64,000 nucleotides of DNA from an uncultured candidate division Zixibacteria bacterium (GTDB taxonomy: Bacteria; Zixibacteria; MSB-5A5; GN15; FEB-12): the NCBI GenBank assembly GCA_963664195.1, contig OY760907.1, positions 3,328,001-3,392,000 of the forward strand, in the 5' to 3' direction. Below the pieces are notes generated by a model, which was given only the letters and a program-made list of their open reading frames with translations, made no database searches and had not been told where the DNA came from. The first letter of the stretch is position 1; each line of letters starts with the position of its first letter. The translations under genes and the position numbers were made by a program. Positions 39,025 to 50,000 of the stretch are shown here, piece after piece.

Positions 39025-39255
39025 ATGATACGTTGCATGCGCCCCTTGCGGGTTCTGCTCGCAGCTTCTTTGATTACACTTGTCTCAATTGGCACCTGTT
39101 TGCGCGCTGAAACGGGCGAAATCCGTGGTTGTGCCTGTGTGGACCGGGTAGGCAATATCGACTGCGACTATGCCGATCACGTGGACATGGCCGATCTTGT
39201 TGCCCTGATTGATCACCTTTTCATCTCGTTGGCGCCACTGCCGCCGTGCCCGTAA
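39025..39255 (+). CDS. 76-aa secreted protein made of a signal peptide and a single (half) dockerin-like repeat
   Basis: GGAGGG RBS; CACVDRVGNIDCDYADHVDMADLVALIDHLFISLAPLPPCP. Confidence 0.7.
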   Translation: MIRCMRPLRVLLAASLITLVSIGTCLRAETGEIRGCACVDRVGNIDCDYADHVDMADLVALIDHLFISLAPLPPCP

Positions 39256-39273
39256 ACTGCATACCACGCATAC

Positions 39274-39310
39274 AGAACGGCCGCCTTCCAAACGGGAGAC
39301 GGCCGTTTTC
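39274..39310. terminator. Probable bidirectional terminator between convergent genes
   Basis: GAACGGCCG...CGGCCGTTTT. Confidence 0.6.
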
Positions 39311-39332
39311 CATCGTCTATAATACTGGCCGG

Positions 39333-39842
39333 TCAACGGGCCAGACAGCGAGTGATCTCACCGATATACATTCGGTGGTAGTCCTTGTCAGGATATTCCT
39401 CGTCAATTGATGCGTCAAGGAATCTGTCGGGATCGAAGTCATGAGTGTAGAGCTTACGACACTCGAGCACGAGCTTGGCTTCGGCGAAATAGATCGCGCC
39501 GGAGTCGCTCTCCACGGCCGTCAACTCCGGAATCGCCATCTTATCAACATCGCGACCGGACTTGTGCCCGCAATACTTGAGAACATCGCGGTATTGCTCA
39601 TCGAAAAACGTCAGCGTGAAGTATTCCTGCTTCTCGACAAACTCGTACGTGTGTCGTACCGGCCTGATATAGCAGGTGGCTACCTTCTTGTGCCAGAGCT
39701 CACCGAGACCGCCCCACGATGCCGTCATCGTGTTGTATGCGTCAATAGTCCCGGCAGTTATGAGCATCCAATCCTTAGATATCAAGTGAATAGCGTTCTC
39801 TTTTATTTCGAGAGCATCTATGAGTTTCAGTTCTTGTGCCAT
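39333..39842 (-). CDS. Flavin reductase-like (flavoredoxin) protein
   Basis: WMLITAG...NTMTASWGG, CGHKSGRDVDK, YHRMYIGEI. Confidence 0.88.
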   Translation of the reverse strand: MAQELKLIDALEIKENAIHLISKDWMLITAGTIDAYNTMTASWGGLGELWHKKVATCYIRPVRHTYEFVEKQEYFTLTFFDEQYRDVLKYCGHKSGRDVDKMAIPELTAVESDSGAIYFAEAKLVLECRKLYTHDFDPDRFLDASIDEEYPDKDYHRMYIGEITRCLAR

Positions 39843-39857
39843 TCCGCTTGTCTCCTT

Positions 39858-41375
39858 CTAGTTATTCGATAGCTCGATCGGCATGCCCATTAGCGGCCAA
39901 ATCACGAGGATGAACACGGCCAACACAGCCAACAGAAGCAGACTTGCCGGAATACCCGCCTTGAAGAATTCGCCCGAAGTAAACTGCTTGCTCTCATACG
40001 CAATCGCATTTGGAGCCGCACCCACCAACAGGAGGAACGGCATGCCCGCCACTGTCAGTGAAGAATAGAGAATCACCTCAGGTGCCACCCCAAGGTATGG
40101 CGCTATTACAAGAGCGACCGGCAGACAGATGGCGATGGCCGCAACGTTCATAATAAAATTCGTCATCACCAGCACGAACACCGCAATCCCCATCACAAAG
40201 ATAAACCAGTGCGCGCGCTCAAACATGACCAGCCAATTGATAGCCAGCCATTGCGCGGCACCAGTCTGCCAGAGACAGAAACCGATACTCATCGCGCCGC
40301 CAAACAGCAGAACGATATTCCACGGCATCCGTTCCAGATCCTCGATAGTGAGAATCTTGAACACGAAGAACGCTATCGTTGAGACCAGGATCAGTGCGTT
40401 CTTGTTTAGAGGCTCCAGAGCCGGTATCGCCTGACGGAGACCGATGGTGGCAATTACACTCAAAGTGATTACCAGTGTTAGCATCTCCGTTCTAGAAATC
40501 GGCCCCAATTTCTGGTACAGCATCCCGGCCCGTTGTTTCAGCCCCGGAATCGAGCTTTTCTCGGGGCGGAAGAACACCATGAAGAAGCCCCACAGCAGCA
40601 AGGTCATGACTATCCCCAGGGGAGCCATGTAATACGTTAACTCGAAAAAGCTGACATCCCGATTGACCACGTCCGAGAAAAACCCCAACGCTACGGCACC
40701 TCGAGCGGCACCAAGCAGCGTGACAACACTGCCGGCCCCTGCGGTGAAAGCCATCCCGATGAAAAGTCCCTTGCCGAATCGGGTTGGCTTGGTGTCCTCG
40801 GTGTACATGCCATAGATGGCCATCAATAGTGGGAACACAGCGGCCGCAACCGCCGTGTGGGCCATAATGAGCGTCATGCCCGCCGTCAGAACAAACGCCC
40901 CCATATAGATCATGCTTGTCCGTTCACCTACCAGGGTCAGCATCTTGTAGGCCATTCGCTTGGTCAGTCCTGACCGGGTAAAGGCCATGCCTATCGCCAG
41001 CGAGCCTATGATGAACCACACCGAAGGATCCATGAAATCCGTCAGGGCTGTTCGCACCGGCCGGATCAGGAATAACGCCTGGATTACGCCGATGGCGATA
41101 CTGGTGATGCCGATCGGCACCGCCTCAGAAACCCACCATACAACAGCGAGGAGAAAGAGAGCCAGGGAGGCTTTCCCTTCGCGAGTCAGTTCAAAGTGCT
41201 GGCCGCCCGGGTCTATTGCGTCCGGAAGCGAGGGGGCGAAATACATCATCAGAAACAGCGTCACGCCAAGTGACAGGAGAAAAATGCGTCTCCAGTCGAG
41301 TTTCCGCACAGCCTTTGCCAGATAGACGCCATCCGGCTTCTCTGGCAAGCCTCGGTGAATGTCGTTATTGCTCAT
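39858..41375 (-). CDS. SLC13/DASS family di/tricarboxylate or sulfate transporter
   Basis: WVSEAVPIGIT, multiple TMs, PWNIVLLFGGA, GAAPNAIAY. Confidence 0.88.
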   Translation of the reverse strand: MSNNDIHRGLPEKPDGVYLAKAVRKLDWRRIFLLSLGVTLFLMMYFAPSLPDAIDPGGQHFELTREGKASLALFLLAVVWWVSEAVPIGITSIAIGVIQALFLIRPVRTALTDFMDPSVWFIIGSLAIGMAFTRSGLTKRMAYKMLTLVGERTSMIYMGAFVLTAGMTLIMAHTAVAAAVFPLLMAIYGMYTEDTKPTRFGKGLFIGMAFTAGAGSVVTLLGAARGAVALGFFSDVVNRDVSFFELTYYMAPLGIVMTLLLWGFFMVFFRPEKSSIPGLKQRAGMLYQKLGPISRTEMLTLVITLSVIATIGLRQAIPALEPLNKNALILVSTIAFFVFKILTIEDLERMPWNIVLLFGGAMSIGFCLWQTGAAQWLAINWLVMFERAHWFIFVMGIAVFVLVMTNFIMNVAAIAICLPVALVIAPYLGVAPEVILYSSLTVAGMPFLLLVGAAPNAIAYESKQFTSGEFFKAGIPASLLLLAVLAVFILVIWPLMGMPIELSNN

Positions 41376-41406
41376 AGGGTCTGTCCTCGAAGAAATCCCT
41401 GACTAA

Positions 41407-41934
41407 CTATTCAATGATGAGTTTGTAGATTTCATGAAATACGTCAACCGATCTCACGACGCCTGCAACCTTACCATCTTCGAGTACGGGCAGCATAGAG
41501 AGATTCTGTTTGTTCATCTCGTAAATCACGCGAACTATATGATCCTCGGCGTTGACGGTTGCTTCGATCGGCAGCATCACTTCGCTGATGGGCGACTCGG
41601 CGGCCTGCTTGACACCGTCCATAACAGTATCGTAATTGAGTTCCGACAGGGCCGGATCAACCTGAACATCCCACAACTTTTTGCGGTAATGGAGTGACTT
41701 TTCCTTGAGGAACTCAGGCTCCAGGCCACGAAGAATGTCACGTCGTCTGGCCATACCAATCAACTGATACTTCTCGTCGAAAACCAGCACCATTCTGGGC
41801 AGCGACTTACGCCCGTTGATCATCAGCTCCGACTGTTCCATTTCAACCATCGCCTGCCGCAGCGTGAACCAATACGGCAGGTGAGGGTACTTGTCCAGTG
41901 GGACCATCACATCCCTGGCCCGTATATTCTCCAT
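41407..41934 (-). CDS. CBS-domain protein
   Basis: ARDVM...LVFDEKYQLIG; SEVM...LPVLEDGKVAGVV. Confidence 0.85.
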   Translation of the reverse strand: MENIRARDVMVPLDKYPHLPYWFTLRQAMVEMEQSELMINGRKSLPRMVLVFDEKYQLIGMARRRDILRGLEPEFLKEKSLHYRKKLWDVQVDPALSELNYDTVMDGVKQAAESPISEVMLPIEATVNAEDHIVRVIYEMNKQNLSMLPVLEDGKVAGVVRSVDVFHEIYKLIIE

Positions 41935-42001
41935 ATAGCTCTCCTTTCAATCAGTCCGATCGATTCCATCTGAACCGGTCCAGGACCTGTCTCCGTAACC
42001 G

Positions 42002-42556
42002 CTATGCGTCCCTCATAGCTTCTTCTATCACCTCGACCGACAGTCCCGAGTGCCGTGCTATCGCCTGGATATCACCGTCGACTCGCTCTGCAAGTTTGCG
42101 TACATATTCTCTTTCGAAAAGTGCTCGTGCCTGCTCGAACGGCTCAGTGAGCAGCAGAGCCTCCGCCAGGACGGCATTGCACCGAATGGCCTGCAGTTGC
42201 AGGGCACGCTCCACTGCAATAATAATCTGTTCCTTCTTGAACGGCTTGGTAATGTAGTGGAATACCCCCATCTGCATAGCCTCGGTAGCACTATCCAGAG
42301 AACCAAACGCGGTCATGATAATGACTTCCTCGCGGCGGTTATTTTCCCTGACATGTTTCAAGATGTCAAGACCATCCATGCCTGCCATCTTGAGATCACT
42401 GATGATCAGGTCGTACTCGTGTTGTTCCAGCAACTCGGGCACTTCGAGCGAGTTGTTGGTTGTGGCAATTCGATAAGATGTCTTCTCCGTAATGATTCGT
42501 TCGAGCAAACGCAGCATTGCCGGCTCATCATCGACAGCCAATATTCTCGGCTTCAC
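42002..42556 (-). CDS. Response regulator (receiver plus short C-terminal helical/HTH-like tail)
   Basis: LAVDDE, SDLKMAGMDG, MTAFG, YITKPF. Confidence 0.88.
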   Translation of the reverse strand: MKPRILAVDDEPAMLRLLERIITEKTSYRIATTNNSLEVPELLEQHEYDLIISDLKMAGMDGLDILKHVRENNRREEVIIMTAFGSLDSATEAMQMGVFHYITKPFKKEQIIIAVERALQLQAIRCNAVLAEALLLTEPFEQARALFEREYVRKLAERVDGDIQAIARHSGLSVEVIEEAMRDA

Positions 42557-43977
42557 CCATCGCCTCCTCTCACAGCGTTCCGGTCGTTGAGTACAGGCAT
42601 AGATACGGTGAAAACGGTACCCGCGGGTCGACCGGGACTGTCTTCCTGTGACACGCTCTCGAATGTCAGATCGCCCCCGTACTTCTGTACGATACCGTAT
42701 GACAACGACAGCCCCAGCCCCGTCCCCTGCCCAACCTCTTTCGTGGTGAAAAACGGATCGAATACTCGTGGCTTGATCCTATTCGGTATTCCGGTTCCGG
42801 TATCCTGAACATGCACTCGCAGCCAATCATCATCCGCCTCGGCAGAAATCGTGAGCGTCCCCCCCTTTTCTTCCATCGCCGCCGTGGCGTTAGTGATCAG
42901 ATTGAAGATCACCTGCTGGAATTCGCGGGTATCGCCACCCACCGGTGGCAGATTCTCCCGAAAGTCGGTTATCACTTCTATCTTTTTTGTCATGAGCGTA
43001 GTCTTAGCGATCTTCAGAACCGTGTCAAGAGCAGAGGCCGGTGAGATAACATCACCCAAACCCTCTGTTACCCGTGCAAATCCAAGCAAGTTCTCCACTA
43101 TCGACCTGGCGTGATTGGCGTTGGACTCGATCATCTCAAGATCTTCGTAGGTTGATGAGCCTTCAGCATACCTCTCTTTGAGAAGGTCTGTCAGGCCGAG
43201 AATGATGGCAAGCGGATTGTTTATTTCGTGCGCCACTCCTGCTGCCAGTATCCCGATCGACGCCAGCTTCTCCGCGTTATAGATGTGCTTATCCATTTCG
43301 ACTTTCTCAGTCACATCTTTGACGATTGCAGCACTTCCGACGGGCTTGCCCACCTGGTCGCAGATCAAGGTACGGGATATGGCAACTGTCACGCGACGGC
43401 CGTCTTTGGCAAGGCGCTGGGTTTCATAGTTGCTCAGATGTCCCTTCTGGTAAACCTCATCCCAAATGCGATCCAGATCCTTGCTCTGGACGAGTTCAGG
43501 CGGCACCAGATGGTAAAAGTGCCTGCCGACCATTTCGTCGGCTGTGTACCCGAAGATCATCTCGGCACCACGGTTCCACATGCGCACACGATTGTCGTTG
43601 TCGATGAATATGATCGCGTCGACCGAATTCTGAACAATCGCCGTCAGCCAGCGCTCCTGTTCCGTCAGACGTTTCTTAAGTGCGCCCGACACTCTGCGTT
43701 GATAGTCGGCAACCAACAGCGCGAAACCGAAAATCGACACGATCATGGCAATCTCAACCAGCAGATGACGATTGTGAAACTCGGTGACGATTTGACGGAG
43801 TTCGATTTTATCGACAGGGCCCGTCAACTGATCAGTAATGCTCGCCGTCTCGACATGAACAGCATACAGAGCGGCTCCGAGTACCAGGAACAGGGCTACC
43901 GAGCTGACCGGAAGAAAGTAATTTGAGGAGAGAATCTTGTAGACAATCCCTCTTGGGCGTGAACCCGTGGATGTCAT
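42553..43977 (-). CDS. Membrane PAS sensor histidine kinase
   Basis: Two TMs, PAS (WNRGAEMIFGY), AHEINNPL H-box, N-box, DTGTGI, FDPFFTTK, GTGLGLS; ATGA overlap. Confidence 0.92.
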   Translation of the reverse strand: MTSTGSRPRGIVYKILSSNYFLPVSSVALFLVLGAALYAVHVETASITDQLTGPVDKIELRQIVTEFHNRHLLVEIAMIVSIFGFALLVADYQRRVSGALKKRLTEQERWLTAIVQNSVDAIIFIDNDNRVRMWNRGAEMIFGYTADEMVGRHFYHLVPPELVQSKDLDRIWDEVYQKGHLSNYETQRLAKDGRRVTVAISRTLICDQVGKPVGSAAIVKDVTEKVEMDKHIYNAEKLASIGILAAGVAHEINNPLAIILGLTDLLKERYAEGSSTYEDLEMIESNANHARSIVENLLGFARVTEGLGDVISPASALDTVLKIAKTTLMTKKIEVITDFRENLPPVGGDTREFQQVIFNLITNATAAMEEKGGTLTISAEADDDWLRVHVQDTGTGIPNRIKPRVFDPFFTTKEVGQGTGLGLSLSYGIVQKYGGDLTFESVSQEDSPGRPAGTVFTVSMPVLNDRNAVRGGDG

Positions 43978-46523
43978 CGACTCCCCTTCCCCGGTTTGTC
44001 GTAACCGAGCTTCCGGATGATGTCCTCTGTATACCACTTTGTCACGTTGGCGTTGGATAGCGCCATATCAAGCTGTTTGGTGAGCATAGTGAGGCGCCCG
44101 AGATCGTGCAACCGCTTGTAAAGCACCTCGGATTTCTGATAGGCGAGTCGTGTATCGAGGAAGTCACCCTTGCTGTGATGCTCAAACCCGACCGATGACA
44201 GTACATCCCGTATAAGACGGATTCGTCGCGAACGACGCTCCACCGAGGCTCCGCCCTCTTTGTATTGCATCCGCACATAGTTTTTGCCCGGCTCCTCAGT
44301 ACACATGGCTTCGACAGTCATGAAGTGGTATCCCATACGCAGGCTGAGAATCATATACTCCTGACTGAGAATAGCGAAACTTGTCTCAGAAAAATCCTCT
44401 CGCTGGCCATCCGCTACCGTGGTACCGAGAACACTCATGAATCCGCGTGTGTTTATGGTCGGTACTGAAGGCCAGCCTTGATGCTTCACCCCGGCCCAGA
44501 ACTGACGCATCGGTTCAGACGCGACATCCTCTTCCTCGACCCACTCCTGTTTGGCATAAGTGTGATAGTCCTGATCAACGTAGATGATATTGACTTTCAG
44601 AGGGATATTGCTTTTCAATCTTACCGCGATCTGGTCTTTGCACTCGATATTCAGACCGCCCTCAAACATCTCGTCTATCGCTCTTTGGTGACAGAATCGA
44701 GTGATATCGTGAAATGTGCGGCACTGCTCGGCAACAAAGTTAGGCGAATTCGGATGAATCAGATTCAGCGGCGAAATGTAGTTGAGAATCTCTTCGAGCA
44801 TGTTGAAAATCGCCATATCGCTGAATAGCTCGTACTCGGGCCGACGCGCCTCGATGAGCTCTTGATGCACTCCAGCATAGATGACAGCCGAGGTGGCATC
44901 GACCGTTACCACCTGTCCTTGCGGCAAGTCCATCGCGGAAGTCACCGCGCCCAGAGTCGGGATGCGATATTCGCGGGCCACTGTGGCCATGTGGTTGGCC
45001 GCTCCCCCGGTTTCAGTGACGATGGCGCTCGCTCTGGGCATCACGGTTATCAGACCGGGGAAGGTGTGCGGCGCAACCAGCACCGCCCCATCAGGAACTC
45101 CGGGAAGATCGCCCGTTGTATGGACATGGTACACCGGGCCTCCGCCCGCCCCGGGACATACCGTATCCCCCTCTGCGACGATTAGCTCGTAGGAAGACAC
45201 ATCCGGACCATCGTCCTTGGTCGGTCTGACGACATGCAGCGGACGAGTCTGGAGTATTGCCAATTTGCCGGCTTGATCAATGGCCCACTCAATATCCTGC
45301 GGGGCATCGTAGTGCTCCTCGATTCTAAGGGCGCACTCGGTCAGCGCCAGCAACTCTTCTTCACTCACCGACGGCTGATCCTGCATCTCTGCAGGCACAT
45401 CCTCGCAAGCGGTGCCCCCGCTTTTCTTATCCAGGACAAGTCTCACCGGTTTGTGGGCTATCTGACTTCTGAAAACTGCTTTCTTCTCGCGCGAGACACA
45501 GAAGATGTCCGGAGTAAGTGTTCCGTCGACAAGATACTTGCCCAGACCGTAGATTGAGTTGACCAGTACGCAGTCGTTGCCCGAGTGAACCGGATCCTGA
45601 GTATATATCACACCGCTCGCCCGCACGTCCAGCATAACAACACATCCCACACTCATCGCCAACTCGGATTCGGAAAGGTCATGGCTCAAGTAGTAGTAAA
45701 TCGCTTGCGGCGTGAATTTGCTGGCGACAACTTTGCGATAATTCTCCACAACCTCATCAAGCCCGATGTTGAGGAAGGTGGCGTATTGTCCGGCAAAACT
45801 ATACTCGGTGTCTTCGCCAATTGCACTCGATCGAAGCGAAAACTGCGTTGCGCCCGAACGTTTCGAGAGTGCATCTGCCTCGGCGGCAATGGCCCCGGCC
45901 AGTTTCTGCGGAATCTCCGCCTCACGTACCATCGCCTGTATCTCGTCGGATACCTGCACCAGATGCGCCAGTTCAGTCGGGTCCAGTTTGTCCAGACGAC
46001 GGCTGATTCGATCCTGCAGACCGTTATGATCCAGAAACGCTTTGTAAGCCCAACCGCTGACAGCAAAACCGTCAGGTACACTGAGTCCCAGGCGTGACTT
46101 CAGCTCGCCCAACTGGGCGTTTTTGGAGCCGACACTGCACGCCCTTTGCCGACAGAGGCGGTCAAATGGGATAGTGAAATCGTCGGACCCCAGGGAACGA
46201 CATCCGGGCAGAATGGCGTCGATCTTGCCGTTTATTTCGCTGTACACGGAGGTCAGCGGAAGATACTTCTGTCCGCCGAGCGCAACCATCTCCTCAATCA
46301 AGCCGCGAACACCTGCCCTGATCTCCAACAAACTGGCACGAATGTAGTTGATATCGAAAAGGAATTCCCCCTGAGACTTCTCCTCCATGTCGCTCAGTAT
46401 TTTGAGCACCCGGTTGTTTTGATCCAACAGGGAAAGAAAATGGGAGAATTTTGCCTGAATTGCCTCCAACACCCGGTGGGAATCCTCGGGGCTATCGACA
46501 AACAGGTTTCGGAGCCAATTCAT
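43974..46523 (-). CDS. PEP synthase/PPDK-like protein (ATP-grasp + phosphohistidine swivel, divergent C-terminus)
   Basis: GSKNAQLGEL, RSSAIGED..SFAGQY, PQDIEWA, LQTRPL, TETGGAANHMATVARE. Confidence 0.85.
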   Translation of the reverse strand: MNWLRNLFVDSPEDSHRVLEAIQAKFSHFLSLLDQNNRVLKILSDMEEKSQGEFLFDINYIRASLLEIRAGVRGLIEEMVALGGQKYLPLTSVYSEINGKIDAILPGCRSLGSDDFTIPFDRLCRQRACSVGSKNAQLGELKSRLGLSVPDGFAVSGWAYKAFLDHNGLQDRISRRLDKLDPTELAHLVQVSDEIQAMVREAEIPQKLAGAIAAEADALSKRSGATQFSLRSSAIGEDTEYSFAGQYATFLNIGLDEVVENYRKVVASKFTPQAIYYYLSHDLSESELAMSVGCVVMLDVRASGVIYTQDPVHSGNDCVLVNSIYGLGKYLVDGTLTPDIFCVSREKKAVFRSQIAHKPVRLVLDKKSGGTACEDVPAEMQDQPSVSEEELLALTECALRIEEHYDAPQDIEWAIDQAGKLAILQTRPLHVVRPTKDDGPDVSSYELIVAEGDTVCPGAGGGPVYHVHTTGDLPGVPDGAVLVAPHTFPGLITVMPRASAIVTETGGAANHMATVAREYRIPTLGAVTSAMDLPQGQVVTVDATSAVIYAGVHQELIEARRPEYELFSDMAIFNMLEEILNYISPLNLIHPNSPNFVAEQCRTFHDITRFCHQRAIDEMFEGGLNIECKDQIAVRLKSNIPLKVNIIYVDQDYHTYAKQEWVEEEDVASEPMRQFWAGVKHQGWPSVPTINTRGFMSVLGTTVADGQREDFSETSFAILSQEYMILSLRMGYHFMTVEAMCTEEPGKNYVRMQYKEGGASVERRSRRIRLIRDVLSSVGFEHHSKGDFLDTRLAYQKSEVLYKRLHDLGRLTMLTKQLDMALSNANVTKWYTEDIIRKLGYDKPGKGSR

Positions 46524-46783
46524 GGGTCACGTTCTCCAACAATAGCCGCAGGTCATGGAATCAGCGAGCAGCGACCACAGCGTGGCCGCGCAATTGCAGG
46601 CAATATCCGCGACCTTTCAGGAAAAATCAACAGGAATCGTACCCGCCCCCGGGCCGTACTCTCGTGTCAGCTCACGCGAAGTATCCAAACCGACCTTCGG
46701 CGATGACACTATCTTGAGCCTCTGATCCCTTCAACGTGGACCGGTCACATCCGGGAAGGAAACACGGAACCCGGCATAAACCC

Positions 46784-46813
46784 TTGACGTTCAGTGGATA
46801 AAATGTATATTTG
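46784..46813 (+). promoter_or_regulatory. Promoter upstream of the M4 peptidase
   Basis: TTGACG-N16-TATATT(TG). Confidence 0.5.
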
Positions 46814-47040
46814 CTCCATAGGTAGGCATATGTGGTCCTCCCTCACACCGCCACTTACTGCAAATGCCGTTAGCGACAGAAGGAATCGTTAGTACATACG
46901 CAGCACGACACGATAGCAAGCGCTGTCAAGTCGTTCAGTTTTGTCTGGCATACTTCTCGATACTGCCGATAGCCTTACAAGGTATGCCAAACGACAACTG
47001 AATTGTTGCATTACACATCATTTGAACCGGATTGGAAGTA

Positions 47041-50000
47041 ATGAACTACAAACCACACCAGATCAGTCGAATCCTGTCATCGGACAGAATGCTAAGCGGG
47101 ATTATCGCACTGACTCTTATTCTCTCCATGGCCCTCGCTCCCGCCTTGTTTGCGGGACAGGAAAACAACTCCACCGCAAAAGCTAAGCAGATCCGGAATG
47201 TCGAGCGAATCGACACCTTCATGGAAGCCAAGAACGGCGTCCCGCGATATGTTGAGGGCGTTCTGTCGGCTCCGACTGCGGCATCCAATCAAGTGAATGC
47301 GGCACTGACGTATTTGCAGAACAATGAAAATGTGTATAAACTGACGAACGCAGCCCGTGACATGCAAGTCAGTCGCATTATCGAGGATGACCTCGGCATG
47401 CGGCACATTCGATTCCAGCAGCGTTTTGAGGGTCTCCCGGTTATCGGTCAGGAGATGATTGCACACTTCGGCTCAGACGGAATTCTGAAGACTGTCAACG
47501 GCACCATCGAACCAAAGATCAAACTCGATACGGCTCCCGACATTCAGACACCCGAAGCAGTTTCCATCGCCGACGCGGACCTCCGGAGTTTCTTTGGTCC
47601 GGGCGAACCAAACACGCCGGAGTTGGTCATCTTTCCCTGGGAAGGGACCACGTATCTTGCCTGGCGGATGTTCTTGTACTCCAACTCTCCGATGGGACGC
47701 TGGGAGTACTTCATCGACGCTCACACCGGCGAGGTGATCTACAAAGCCAACCGCGTGATGCAAGACACCAGGGACAACGACATTGGTACTGGTACCAGCG
47801 TCATGGGAGACGCACGGAATCATATCGACACTGATTACAACGGCAGCACGTACGACATGATCGACGAGACCCGCCAGACGTCGAACAATCCCCACGGTCA
47901 CGACGGTCAGATGCCGTCCGGCGAGGATATCCGCACTTACATCGCCAGCTCAAGTCTTCCGGGAACGCTGGCAACCGACGGAGACAACGTCTGGAACACT
48001 ACCGAGCAGGCAGCGGCTGTAGACGGCCATGTGTACAGCGCCCTCGTCTACGACTATTGGCTACGGGAGTTCGGTCGCAACAGTTTCGACGACAACGGTT
48101 CAACCATGCAGGTCAGTGTCAACTACAGTGCTGAAGGTGACAACAACGCGTACTGGAACGGCTCACAGATTGTCATATGGAGCTATGGCACCGGCTGGCG
48201 CTCCCTCGCCGGTTGTCCGGACGTGATTGCTCACGAGTGGGGTCACGCAGTAACCGAAAACTGTTCAAGCCTCGCCTATCAGAAAGAATCCGGCGCTCTC
48301 AACGAGTCGTTCTCCGACATGATGGGCGCAGCATTTGAGTGGGCACATGACTCGCTCGACACGCCTGATTGGGGAATGGGCGAAAACGGTCGCACCAGCG
48401 GCGAGCCGTTCCGCTCCATGTCGGAGCCACACGACTACGGTGATCCCGATTTCTACGGCACCTCTGATCCGAACTGGATCGATGTCGAGGGCTGTTCTCC
48501 CTCATATTACAACGATTACTGCGGCGTTCACACCAACAGCGGTGTCGGCAACAAGTGGTTCTACCTGCTCTCAGACGGCGGCACACACCACAGCGTAACC
48601 GTCACCGGTATTGACGTTGACAACGCCATCCAGATAGCCTATCGCGCCAATCAACTATACTGGGGGGTCAACACTACGTATCATGAAGCTGCGCTCGCGA
48701 CTATCACCGCAGCAAACGATCTCGACGGCACCGGCGCCTGGGCTTTGCAGGTTGCCAACGCCTGGAATGCTGTTGGCGTATCTACCCCGCTCCCGGGGCT
48801 TTCATTTACGTACACAACAGGCGCACCTGAGACAACTTTGCCGGGTCAAACCACTACTTTTGAAGTAGTGGTCAGCTCGTACCTTGGCGGTGTACCGATC
48901 TCAGGCACCGGCCAACTTCACTACAAACTCAACGGTGGCGCTCTCCAGACGACCTCAATGACAGAGACTGTGACCAACACGTACGACGCCGTTCTCCCGG
49001 CCATGAATTGCGGCGACGCGCTTGAGTATTATGTCAGCGCCGAAGAGTCAACCTACGGTCGCCTTTATGATCCAGACCCTGCCTCGCCTCGCACAGCGGT
49101 ACCCTCGACGGGCACAGTTACTGCGTTCAGCGATGGCTTCGAAACTGACCTGGGGTGGACTGCCAACGGACTGTGGCAGCGCGGTACGCCAGCCGGTGCC
49201 GGTGGTGATCACGGCAATCCTGACCCGTCGAGCGCCCATACTGGAAGTAATGTCTTTGGCTACAATCTGTCCGGTGACTACGGAAGCAGCCTCTCGGAAA
49301 CACACCTTACTTCGCCTGCCATAGACTGTTCGGATCTGGCAAATGTGAGCCTCACTTTCTGGCGCTGGCTTGGGGTCGAGCAGCCTCAGTACGACCATGC
49401 CTACATTCGCGCTTCTAACGACGGCTCTTCCTGGACAACTCTGTGGGAGAACGAGACCGAGGTCACAGATGACGCCTGGACCGAAATCGAGCTGGACCTG
49501 TCCTCTGTGGCAGACGGTCAGCCCACAGTCTATCTGCGCTGGACGATGGGTACCTCGGACGGAAGCTGGCAGTACTGCGGGTGGAACATCGACGACGTGG
49601 AACTGACCGGTACTGAATGCTCCTCACTGCAGGACTCTGACGGTGACGGTGTCGCCGATGCAATTGACAACTGCCCTGACGACTACAATCCGTTACAGGA
49701 AGATGACGATTCCGATACGTTTGGCGCAGCCTGTGACTGCGACGATACAAACGAGGATATCAATCCGAATACCGTATGGTATCAGGATTCTGATAGCGAC
49801 ACGTACGGCAATCCTTCTGTCTCACTGACACAGTGTGAACAACCTACCGGCTATGTACTTGACGACAGCGATTGTGATGACACAGACGCCGGAATCAACC
49901 CCACCACCGTCTGGTACCAGGATTCCGACAGCGACACCTACGGCAATCCTTCTGTCTCACTAACACAGTGTGAGCAACCTACCGGCTATGTACTTGATGA

